Positions 1 to 8,332 of a stretch of DNA of 25,032 bases are shown here, one piece after another; positions within the stretch are counted from its first letter, which is position 1, and every line of letters begins with the position of its first letter. The translations under genes were made by a program, and so were the position numbers. The notes below the pieces were generated by a model. The model had not been told where the DNA came from, made no database searches, and saw only the letters and a program-made list of their open reading frames with translations. The DNA comes from Fidelibacterota bacterium. Its GTDB lineage: Bacteria > Fidelibacterota > Fidelibacteria > Fidelibacterales > DSDE01. The stretch lies in NCBI GenBank assembly GCA_046735395.1, contig JBJKQR010000080.1, positions 1 to 25,032 of the forward strand. The letters are read 5' to 3'.

Positions 1-233
1 CTGATTTTTTATTCTATTTTCTTGCTAGCTGGAAATACTCTTTAAAATCAATATTGAGGGATGTGCTTTTGAAATCCTTTGGGAATCATCCTGTGATGGT
101 GAGTACTTTATAAGGATCGACTATATACTGATGATGATAATCTGTAAAATGAGATCACCTCTTCACTGCGGCTAACAAAACCCGTTCTGATTCGCTTTTC
201 CGATCTGAAGCCGACGGGCTTCCCTGGGACGTA

Positions 234-1580
234 TCAGAGATTGAAGGTGAAATCGTCCACGAAGATTCCGGGAACCAGCGATGCCCCCAGTTCACGCCGG
301 AAGTAGGTGTGGGTCTCGGGTATGACATCCTGAAAACTCGTCAGTGCCGAGAGTTTGTCACCGAAGAAGTGATAGAGCGTATCATCGAACCGCATATTTT
401 CAATGGGGGCGACAATGCTTCCGTTTTCAACGAGAAAGCAGGCATAGCGGGTCATTCCCGTAATCCGGCCGCCCATGAGGTCGCTCCAGTTCAGATAGTG
501 AAGATTATTGATATACAGGCCGTTCTGAAGCGTGGAGAGGATATCGCTTCTGTCAACGGTGCCGGGACGGATTTCGGGGGACCGCAGCGATTCTTCGTTA
601 TTGGCGGCATTGGACTGCAGGCCGTATTTCCGCGCCGTTCTCGCATTGGTCAGTCCGCTGACCAGTTTTCCCCGGTCAATCAGCAGGAGTTCCTCCGCCG
701 ACATCTCGCCCCGTTCATTGAAGCGGGGAACGAAGCCGTGGGAGAAATTCTCCTTCAGGGTGAATTTATCGGAGAGAGCCTGCCGGCCTTCCGCAAGTTT
801 GAGAAGCGCGGAACTCTTCTGCTGAATCGCGGCGCTGCTGATACCATTCCAGCTGAACATGTGAAGAAGGTCTGCCACCGCGGCCGGCGCCAGATAAACC
901 CGGTATTTGCCGGGTTTGACAGTCCGGGACGGGATTTTCATCCTGTCCAGGCTTTCCTTCATGGCCGCAGTGTCCCGCAGATAATTTTCACGGTTCCAGT
1001 CATTTCCTGCCAGGGTACCCTTGACCATTTTTTCGTTTTCTGTAATCATGGAAAAATCAACGGAATAGTTTCGGGTCGAAAACCAGTGGTTTGTCCCGGC
1101 AGAATTCCGCATAGCGCGCATCACGCTTCCTCCGGCATATATACCGGTGAAATCAATATCCTGAACCTCGCTGAGTATTTCAGTCGCGGTATTTTCACTG
1201 TCCGGAACAGCGCCATCGAAGACGGAATCTGATTTTCCGTTGTCGGCAGTTTCCGTCATCCACGGATCGTCGGGAAGAAGGGGAAGGTCCCTGCGTAGTG
1301 CGTCCAGCTGCTGCATGGCTTCCGCCTTATCCTGGTCCGGATTGCCGCTGAAGGGGAAGGTGAGCTGTCCGCGTTTTTTACCGGACATGAGCGTGAGTGC
1401 GATATAGGCGTCATGAACCAGTCCGCTTTGTCTCACTTTGCCGTGATTGAATCGCATGAACTGGCTGTCTTCGCCGAAAAAATCGATATCTGCTGATTCA
1501 CCGGCCTGCAGTGCTGCAAACAGGGTATCGCAGAGTTCCATATAATTCTGTCTGAAAATATTCATTATTTCCTGTTTCAT
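234..1580 (-). CDS. TldD/PmbA family protein, non-catalytic TldE/PmbA-like partner
   Basis: N-terminal 'FMRFNHGKVRQ', C-terminal 'LHYLNWSD...ITGMTR...ENG.IVAPIENMRF'. No HExxxH metal motif. Directly downstream of a TldD. Start moved from 1586 to the ATG at 1580, which is better spaced from the AAAGG SD. Confidence 0.88.
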   Translation of the reverse strand: MKQEIMNIFRQNYMELCDTLFAALQAGESADIDFFGEDSQFMRFNHGKVRQSGLVHDAYIALTLMSGKKRGQLTFPFSGNPDQDKAEAMQQLDALRRDLPLLPDDPWMTETADNGKSDSVFDGAVPDSENTATEILSEVQDIDFTGIYAGGSVMRAMRNSAGTNHWFSTRNYSVDFSMITENEKMVKGTLAGNDWNRENYLRDTAAMKESLDRMKIPSRTVKPGKYRVYLAPAAVADLLHMFSWNGISSAAIQQKSSALLKLAEGRQALSDKFTLKENFSHGFVPRFNERGEMSAEELLLIDRGKLVSGLTNARTARKYGLQSNAANNEESLRSPEIRPGTVDRSDILSTLQNGLYINNLHYLNWSDLMGGRITGMTRYACFLVENGSIVAPIENMRFDDTLYHFFGDKLSALTSFQDVIPETHTYFRRELGASLVPGIFVDDFTFNL

Positions 1581-1624
1581 ATTCATCCTTTATCTGATCA
1601 GAATTGAAAAGACCCGGGCGGCCG

Positions 1625-3064
1625 TTATTCGGCACCGCCGAAGACATCGACTCCGGAAAAGAGTGCGGTTGGGGTGGCATGGCCTACACGAATAACCTGA
1701 TTCGGTTCTCCCTTTCCGCAGTTGGGCGTCCCGTAAATCCGGAAGGTGTCCCGGTTGCCCAAGCCCTTCAGTTTATTCCAGAATTCGATGGTTATGGCCT
1801 TGTAATTGGGATTTTTCAGAACGTCGGTCAGTTTGCCGTTTTCGATTTTCCGGGCATATTCACAGCCGAACTGGAATTTCCGTCGGTAATCGTCGATGGA
1901 CCAGCTGCGGTTTGTTTCCATGTATACGCCATGTTCGATGGAGGAGACCAGATCGTCGAAGGAGGATTCGCCGGGTTCCAGATTGAGATTGCCCATTCTG
2001 TCGATGGGCTGACGGTTCCAGGAGGTCGCTCTGAAATTCGCGACACCGGGTGCGCCGGACCGAAGCTGGCTTTCACTGCTGCCCTCGGCTCGGACAAGCA
2101 TTCCCTTGCGGATGATATATTCTCTGCTGGCCTTCACGCCGGCATCATCATAGATATAATCGGCCATCTGTCCTTTCTGTGTCGGATCAAAGGTGATATT
2201 CAGGAGCGGAGAGCCGTATTGGAGCGTGCCGATATCACTGAGTTTCACAAAGGAGGACCCGGCATAATTTCGTTCATCACCCAGAATGCGGTCGATTTCC
2301 AGGGGATGCCCGATGCTTTCGTGAATCTGAAGAATCATCTGGTCCGGTGCCAGCAGCAGATCCGTATTTTCGGATGGACAATTGGACGCGTACAGAAGTT
2401 CGACAGCCTGTTCTCCGACGGTTCTGGCCCGGGCCTGAATGGCATCCGTATCCAGAAGTTCCGCCCCACCCTGATTTGAGCGGGCAAAGGCGCCGTTGTC
2501 GCTTCGTTTCTGAATCTCCGGACCATCCTGTGCCGTGGCATTGAAGTCGGTGGAAACAATGCTGAATTCCTGATATACATCGGATCCATTGGAACTGACG
2601 AAGCGGGTGAAGGATTCAACGAAGCGGGCGGCCGCAACTGTATTAATGATTTTATCCGAGACTTTGAGGGTCTGACAGGTCTGCAGCAGAAGGTTGTTTA
2701 TGTCTCCGGCGCTGAGTGTATCGAGGGTTTTCTGAACAGGAGAGGAATAGGTTCCGGTTGCCCGTGGGCGGATGGACTCATCAAATGTATAAACCGGAAA
2801 GCGGCTCATCATCCCGGCCTGGCCGTAAGCCCGGTCGACCGCGTTCTGCAGGGATGTCATGCTCAGGTCATTGGTGGCGGCATAGCCGATCTGTCCCCTG
2901 TGGAGAACCTCCACCATGACACCATGTGTGATATCAATGAGGTTTTCTTCCGGCCGGCCGTCGCGGGCCATGCGAAAGGTGGTCTTTTCACGGACTTCGC
3001 GGCAGCCGACCCAGTCCCCGCGCAGCGTGAGGCTCTTAAAAGCCTTGTTCAGGTTAAATGTCAT
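1625..3064 (-). CDS. tldD: TldD-family metalloprotease (catalytic subunit)
   Basis: HExxxH motif 'HESIGHPLEIDR', 'RMGNL', C-terminal 'CGKGEP' carrying the Cys metal ligand. AGGAG SD upstream. Confidence 0.92.
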   Translation of the reverse strand: MTFNLNKAFKSLTLRGDWVGCREVREKTTFRMARDGRPEENLIDITHGVMVEVLHRGQIGYAATNDLSMTSLQNAVDRAYGQAGMMSRFPVYTFDESIRPRATGTYSSPVQKTLDTLSAGDINNLLLQTCQTLKVSDKIINTVAAARFVESFTRFVSSNGSDVYQEFSIVSTDFNATAQDGPEIQKRSDNGAFARSNQGGAELLDTDAIQARARTVGEQAVELLYASNCPSENTDLLLAPDQMILQIHESIGHPLEIDRILGDERNYAGSSFVKLSDIGTLQYGSPLLNITFDPTQKGQMADYIYDDAGVKASREYIIRKGMLVRAEGSSESQLRSGAPGVANFRATSWNRQPIDRMGNLNLEPGESSFDDLVSSIEHGVYMETNRSWSIDDYRRKFQFGCEYARKIENGKLTDVLKNPNYKAITIEFWNKLKGLGNRDTFRIYGTPNCGKGEPNQVIRVGHATPTALFSGVDVFGGAE

Positions 3065-3170
3065 ACTATCTCCTGTTCTCCGGATCTGTCACCAACTCTC
3101 TGCGTAAGTGAAAATTCGGATGTTATGAGTGTTTTTGATACTGGCATGAAAAAAGGCGTAAACGTGTCTG

Positions 3171-4499
3171 TCAGAGCATTTTTACCACATCGTGGATGCC
3201 TTCGGCGAGACGGTCGATTTCGGTGTCTCCGATGGTCAGTGCCGGTGCGACCCGGACAATGGAATGATGGGTTTCCTTGGCATAGATGCCCCGGGCAAGA
3301 AGTTCGACGGAGACGCGGTGTCCGTCCAGATGTTTTTCATCAAACATTTCGAAGGCGGTGAGCAGTCCCTTGCCGCGAATCTCACGGATTTTGTCGGGAA
3401 ATTCACGTTGAATACTGCGGTAATGATTCATAAGCCGTTCACCGGAGCGAGCGGCCTTTTCGGAAAGTTTTTCATCAACCAGGGCTTTCATGGCGAATAC
3501 AGACGTGACGGCTCCCAGCGGATAGCCGCCGAAGGTGCTTCCTTCTGAACCGGGCGTGAGCACATCGATGACCTCGGATTTCCCCGCGACAAAGGACACG
3601 GGAATAATACCGCCGCCGGCAGCTTTTCCACAGGCCATGAGGTCCGGATGTATATTGTAGAGCTGATGGGCGAAATCAGCACCGGTTCGGCCGAAGCCGG
3701 TCTGAACCTCATCGACGCAGAGCAGAATGTTGTGTTTCCGGCAGAGCGCCTCTACATCCGGAAGATAGGAATCATCCGGAACGATGACTCCGGCTTCGCC
3801 CTGAATAGGTTCGACGATAAAGGATGCGATGCGGTCTCCCTTTTCCTGAAACAGAGATTCCAGAGCCGCGAGATCGTTGAAGGGAACTTTTTCAATGCCG
3901 GGCAGGAAGGGGCCGAAGCCATCCCGGCTGTCCGGATCCGTACTGGCCGAAACGGCAAACATGGAACGGCCGTGAAAATTTTCGTTGGCGACGACGATGA
4001 GCGCTTCATTTTCCGGTATATTCTTCCTTTTGTATCCCCAGCGCCTTGACAATTTGAACATGAGTTCGGGAGCTTCCACGCCGGCGACCTTGGGTACGAC
4101 CCGGTCCATTTTTGTGAGAGCCGTGGCCGCGAGCAGGAATGCGGACATATACTTATGACGGATGGAGCGGGGAACGGTGGCGATGCGCTCATGGTCCAGA
4201 TGATGGATGACGGCATCGACGATGGTCTGATTCAGCTGGCCCTGATTGACGGCAGAATAGCAGCAGAGCCCGTCGATGAGTTCGGATTCGATATAGCGGC
4301 TTACATCCTGCGGATCCGGCTTGCGGCAGATGAGCGTTGAGGAATTTCTGACAGAGGAAACAACAACATTCTCCAGCGGATGATAGTTGTTGCCGCCTTT
4401 TTCCTTTTCAATTGCTGCGTGCTGTGCGGGTGTCAGGTCGCCGATGCGAATTCCATTAACGGTCAGGTCATCTCCGTATCCGTCAATCCGTAGTGTCAT
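3171..4499 (-). CDS. rocD: Class-III PLP-dependent aminotransferase, ornithine--oxo-acid transaminase-like
   Basis: NYHP, YSAVNQG, NFHGR, EPIQGEAGV, DEVQTGFGRTG, GK (PLP lysine), GSTFGG, RGKGL motifs. Likely start is the ATG at 4499 (purine-rich SD upstream); the ORF-track extension to 4751 overlaps the upstream gene. Confidence 0.85.
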   Translation of the reverse strand: MTLRIDGYGDDLTVNGIRIGDLTPAQHAAIEKEKGGNNYHPLENVVVSSVRNSSTLICRKPDPQDVSRYIESELIDGLCCYSAVNQGQLNQTIVDAVIHHLDHERIATVPRSIRHKYMSAFLLAATALTKMDRVVPKVAGVEAPELMFKLSRRWGYKRKNIPENEALIVVANENFHGRSMFAVSASTDPDSRDGFGPFLPGIEKVPFNDLAALESLFQEKGDRIASFIVEPIQGEAGVIVPDDSYLPDVEALCRKHNILLCVDEVQTGFGRTGADFAHQLYNIHPDLMACGKAAGGGIIPVSFVAGKSEVIDVLTPGSEGSTFGGYPLGAVTSVFAMKALVDEKLSEKAARSGERLMNHYRSIQREFPDKIREIRGKGLLTAFEMFDEKHLDGHRVSVELLARGIYAKETHHSIVRVAPALTIGDTEIDRLAEGIHDVVKML

Positions 4500-4531
4500 A
4501 AGGGCCCTTTCTTTCCTGATTGTGTAACAGT

Positions 4532-5878
4532 TTATAGTATGATATGGCCACCCAGGGACATTTCCAGTCCCTTGGCCGTGCTTGCTGTGAATCCACCGGT
4601 AAAGGCCATGCCGAAATCGATGGAGAAAATGGACTTTCTCACGGAAAAACCGAAGGACATCATGCGATAGCCCCGGCCGCCGAAAGCGGTTCCGACACGA
4701 ATAGGAAATGCCGGCGTCCGGACGATCTCCAGGCCTGTACTCCATATCCATACAGGAAGGGCAAAGAAACGGTCTTCAAATCCGGTGCGGACATCGAGCA
4801 CCCAGGTCACATCCTCATTGAGACGATGCAGCAGCCCCATCCGGAATACGGCGGGATATTTGATGCCGAAGGCCTGTGAACTGGCATCAATCGTCGAATC
4901 GCCGCTGCTAAAAATTTCGGGTGTCTGAGTCGAATCCTGCTGACTGTTTCCGGTCGCGAGCAGATCCGTCGGACGAAGTTCATGTATATCGTACCAGTTT
5001 CGCTGGTAGCTGGCCCGGTCCCGGTTGGTCAGTTTGAGAGAGCTGAGCAGGTTGTAGGTGTAGGTCGGCTTGTTCCATTCGATATTGGCAAAGAGGTTGT
5101 TGATGGCGATGCTGAACTGCCAGCCATCCGATTCACGGGTGGTATAGCCCAGGTCGAGGCCGATGCCGTTGCCGCCCACCGTCTGCCGGGTGATGTATTC
5201 GCCGTGAGCCTGGAGTTTGTCGGGATTGGTGATGAAATAGGATGAAGACGAATCGGGATCGATTCCCATATAGGTCAGGCCCTGAAGGTAGGTGAGGGTG
5301 GCACCGAAACTCCCCTGCTCAGAAGGAAAGGCGATGGAAAAACGATGCATCATGACAGACAGTACATCCACCTTTAAGGTCATATCATAATCTTTATTGA
5401 TTTGATTTCCCTGAAACAGGATTTCAAAAATAGACCGCGGTATGGTGAAATCACTGATGAAAACGATATCGTTGGTATAAGCAATATTTTTATTTGAAAT
5501 ACTTACAATTGGCATAGAAATATTTGAATGGGCATAAATGTCCCAGCCTGTGGCCGGGAAGATATCCATGAATTCCGTTTTGTAGGTCTGATTTGTATAG
5601 GGATTGATTTCTTCCAGATCCAGGCCGTTGAATTTATTCAGATTGGTCAGGCTCAGGGAGGAATTGTCAAATTTGAGGTGTACGGTACCGAGGGAGATCA
5701 TGACGGGATCCTTCGGATCGTAGAAGCCGAGATTGGCCGGATTCCAGCCCACGGCATAAATACCACGATTGATGGTCGTGCCTGTCCCGGCCAGCCCCAG
5801 GGTCCGGGCATCCATTTTTATCTGGCCATAGGTTGCTGTGCTGACGGTGATCAGCAGGATCAGGACATATTTTTTCAT
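4532..5878 (-). CDS. Putative outer-membrane beta-barrel protein, DUF5723/FadL-PorV-like
   Basis: Sec signal peptide (MKKYVLILLITVSTATYG), 'ARTLGLAG...WNPANL' N-terminal motif, 'GIGLDLG' and 'YPAVFRMG' motifs, alternating beta-strand pattern. Family assigned by motif recall, not by search. Confidence 0.7.
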   Translation of the reverse strand: MKKYVLILLITVSTATYGQIKMDARTLGLAGTGTTINRGIYAVGWNPANLGFYDPKDPVMISLGTVHLKFDNSSLSLTNLNKFNGLDLEEINPYTNQTYKTEFMDIFPATGWDIYAHSNISMPIVSISNKNIAYTNDIVFISDFTIPRSIFEILFQGNQINKDYDMTLKVDVLSVMMHRFSIAFPSEQGSFGATLTYLQGLTYMGIDPDSSSSYFITNPDKLQAHGEYITRQTVGGNGIGLDLGYTTRESDGWQFSIAINNLFANIEWNKPTYTYNLLSSLKLTNRDRASYQRNWYDIHELRPTDLLATGNSQQDSTQTPEIFSSGDSTIDASSQAFGIKYPAVFRMGLLHRLNEDVTWVLDVRTGFEDRFFALPVWIWSTGLEIVRTPAFPIRVGTAFGGRGYRMMSFGFSVRKSIFSIDFGMAFTGGFTASTAKGLEMSLGGHIIL

Positions 5879-8196
5879 TTCCCGCCTCCGGACAGGCTGT
5901 CTGAACTGCCGCCGCCCAGGAATCCTTCGGATGTGATGGTAAATCCCATATAGGCGCTGACGGAAACAAAATCGGACGTACGGATCCAGACCATCTGATC
6001 GCTGCCGAAAAGTGTAATCTTGGGAATGGCGTAATGAATTTTATTTTCCGCAAGTTTCTCTATGGTCTGATAGGTCATGACAGAGAGAACATTTGTGTCC
6101 ACAATGGCCTGAGCGGCTCCGGTGAGCGGGTCAATATCGGGTTTGGGCAGGTAGATGCGGAACATGGTATCGACCCAGGATGTGCTCCCGTCCAGAAAGT
6201 ACAGGGTATCGTGGCTGATGGAATCGACGCCCGCGAGAGCCAGATTTTCAGCCTTGCGGTTTTCGGGAAATACGGTGGAATCGGAAAGCAGCATGGAAAG
6301 GCGTCCGTGGAGCGGGAAGCGGTCCCTGACGGTTGAATTCAGGACACCTTCCACGGCGGTGCTGAGGATCTGGTCGGCGAGACTGCTGTCCCAGGGTTCG
6401 ATGACGGTGAATTCATTGGGCATGAAAACCTGAGTGTCCGGTAAAATCTTGAACAGGGCCAGAACGGAGTAACTTCCGCGAATCTTTTTTCCGGCTTCCA
6501 CATTCCCTTCCCCGCGGATGGAGGCGGTCGGTTTGACTGTAAAGCTGTCAGGGCCGAGGTTGATGAGATCTGCCAGGCTGGGTGATCCGGCATAGGTCTG
6601 GGCCGGATCGAGGATGTCGTCCCAGTATACGAACATGCCGTCCTGATTGAGAATAATCCGTGTTTCAGCATTGTCCGCTCCGTTCTGAGGGTAATTGAGC
6701 AGCGGAGAGACTTTCATGACGAGGGACGTATTCTGCTTTTTCGCTGTCATGGTCAGATCCAGGCCGATGGGCAGTCCGATTTCATTATCGAGAGTCAGCG
6801 TCATCTGCGGTTCGGCGATACCGATGCCGGTCATACCCTGGGGAATGGAGATGGATGTGGGGGGCGAGGGCATTTGCAGGTTGAAAATACCGGACAGGCT
6901 GGCAAACTGGAAATCATGGATCATGATATCCGCGCCGAAGTCACCCATGGGTGTTCCGTCAAAGGGGAAAATGGCCGTATCCGTACTTGCGGGGATGCTG
7001 ACCCGGGTCTTGTAGCTCATTTCCGTCATGACTTCGCCGGCCTGCAGGGACGCAAGGGTCATGGAGGAGAGATTCTTGGTCAGATCCAGGCTGCCGGAAG
7101 GCGGGATGAGTGTATCGATAGTCAGAGGATTTCCCAGTGAATCCTGAATGTTGAGAAATTCCAGGCTCAGGTTGATGCCAAGCGGAAAGTTGTTGGTGAA
7201 GCCCATTTCCATTCTGTTTGTATCGGGCTGGGCATCCGCCAGCGAGCCGGAGATGATCTGCGTTTCGTTGGTGGTGGGGAGTATCATGCTGCTGGTTGTA
7301 TCGATGAGCGGAACCGTATTCATGAGCCCGTGAATTTCTGACATGCGGAGATCCAGTGAACTGGTCAGGGACAATTTTCGTTTTGATCCGGGCGTGACGA
7401 TGAGATTTGTGTCGGCATGGGCGAAGCTGATGCGGGTAATCACAACGATATTCAGACTGTTCAGCCGTTTTCCGGACAGATCTGTATTCTGGTTGAAACT
7501 GCTGCCGGCCGGGAGATTTGTCGTGCTGTGGTCGGCCAGAAAGTAGCTGCTGCCGTCGGAATTCCGGACCATGAGGGCAATCTGGATTTCTGAGATGATA
7601 CCCGGCGTATCGTTGGTCACCGAGGTGACGAAATTACTGCTGTCATCAATGACGATGGAATAGGCCGAGAAAAACTCCGATATCTGGTCTGTTGTGGAAG
7701 CGGGAACGGAAATACTGCTGCTGTCGTTGACGCTGAGCGTATCAGCCATGAGGTTCCAGGCATCCTTGAGGATAATGGAATCGCCAGCAGAGAGCGGGTC
7801 AGGGATAATGATCTGTGAGGGAATGGGCAGGCTGAGGCTGTCAGGCCCGGCCTGAAGCGGCGGAAAGGAGAAGCCCGGCATGGACTGGCTGAGGCCGAGG
7901 GGCTGGGCTCCGGTTGAAACGAAGAAATTATCACGGGTCAGTGTAACGGTCTGCAGGCTGTCGCTGAAGGTGACGAACATACTGTCCCCGGAGACCTGCA
8001 GCATGGAGTCATTTCCTCCGGCCAGATCCGCCAGAGGATAGGATTTATCTAAAATCGGAATTGTAAGAGTCGTATTCCAGGTGGGAGGCGACAGTTTCGT
8101 GGGCAGAGCCCAGTCGCATCCGGAGACGAAGAAGTAAAATACCAGAAACGGCAGCCCTACCCGACTCAGAATAATTTTCAATTTACGCCCTTTCAT
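5875..8196 (-). CDS. Large uncharacterised lipoprotein (773 aa)
   Basis: Basic N-terminus, hydrophobic stretch and lipobox VSG|C27. Ser/Thr/Asp/Pro-rich, beta-like sequence. Its stop overlaps the next gene's start (ATGA, 5875-5878). Confidence 0.8.
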   Translation of the reverse strand: MKGRKLKIILSRVGLPFLVFYFFVSGCDWALPTKLSPPTWNTTLTIPILDKSYPLADLAGGNDSMLQVSGDSMFVTFSDSLQTVTLTRDNFFVSTGAQPLGLSQSMPGFSFPPLQAGPDSLSLPIPSQIIIPDPLSAGDSIILKDAWNLMADTLSVNDSSSISVPASTTDQISEFFSAYSIVIDDSSNFVTSVTNDTPGIISEIQIALMVRNSDGSSYFLADHSTTNLPAGSSFNQNTDLSGKRLNSLNIVVITRISFAHADTNLIVTPGSKRKLSLTSSLDLRMSEIHGLMNTVPLIDTTSSMILPTTNETQIISGSLADAQPDTNRMEMGFTNNFPLGINLSLEFLNIQDSLGNPLTIDTLIPPSGSLDLTKNLSSMTLASLQAGEVMTEMSYKTRVSIPASTDTAIFPFDGTPMGDFGADIMIHDFQFASLSGIFNLQMPSPPTSISIPQGMTGIGIAEPQMTLTLDNEIGLPIGLDLTMTAKKQNTSLVMKVSPLLNYPQNGADNAETRIILNQDGMFVYWDDILDPAQTYAGSPSLADLINLGPDSFTVKPTASIRGEGNVEAGKKIRGSYSVLALFKILPDTQVFMPNEFTVIEPWDSSLADQILSTAVEGVLNSTVRDRFPLHGRLSMLLSDSTVFPENRKAENLALAGVDSISHDTLYFLDGSTSWVDTMFRIYLPKPDIDPLTGAAQAIVDTNVLSVMTYQTIEKLAENKIHYAIPKITLFGSDQMVWIRTSDFVSVSAYMGFTITSEGFLGGGSSDSLSGGGK

Positions 8197-8208
8197 CGCA
8201 ATGACAGG

Positions 8209-8237
8209 AAATTACAATTGTTTTTGCACGGTATCAA
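8209..8237 (-). promoter_or_regulatory. Putative sigma70 promoter for the lipoprotein-barrel unit
   Basis: TTGATA (8237-8232) - 17 nt - TAATTT (8214-8209) on the minus strand. Confidence 0.5.
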
Positions 8238-8332
8238 GCGGCAGAAAAAAGTTTCTGTCCTGATCACAGTGCGTTGCTAATGCTTCGGTCTGCTGCTATG
8301 ATTTTGCTTCCCTGTGTCCGGGGACGGGTGGT

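Noticed and set aside
4500..4751. ORF-track N-terminal extensions (rocD to 4751; likewise dksA to 13186 and secD to 24466)
   Set aside because: They overlap upstream genes or promoter DNA, and downstream ATGs with good SD sequences fit family N-termini better.
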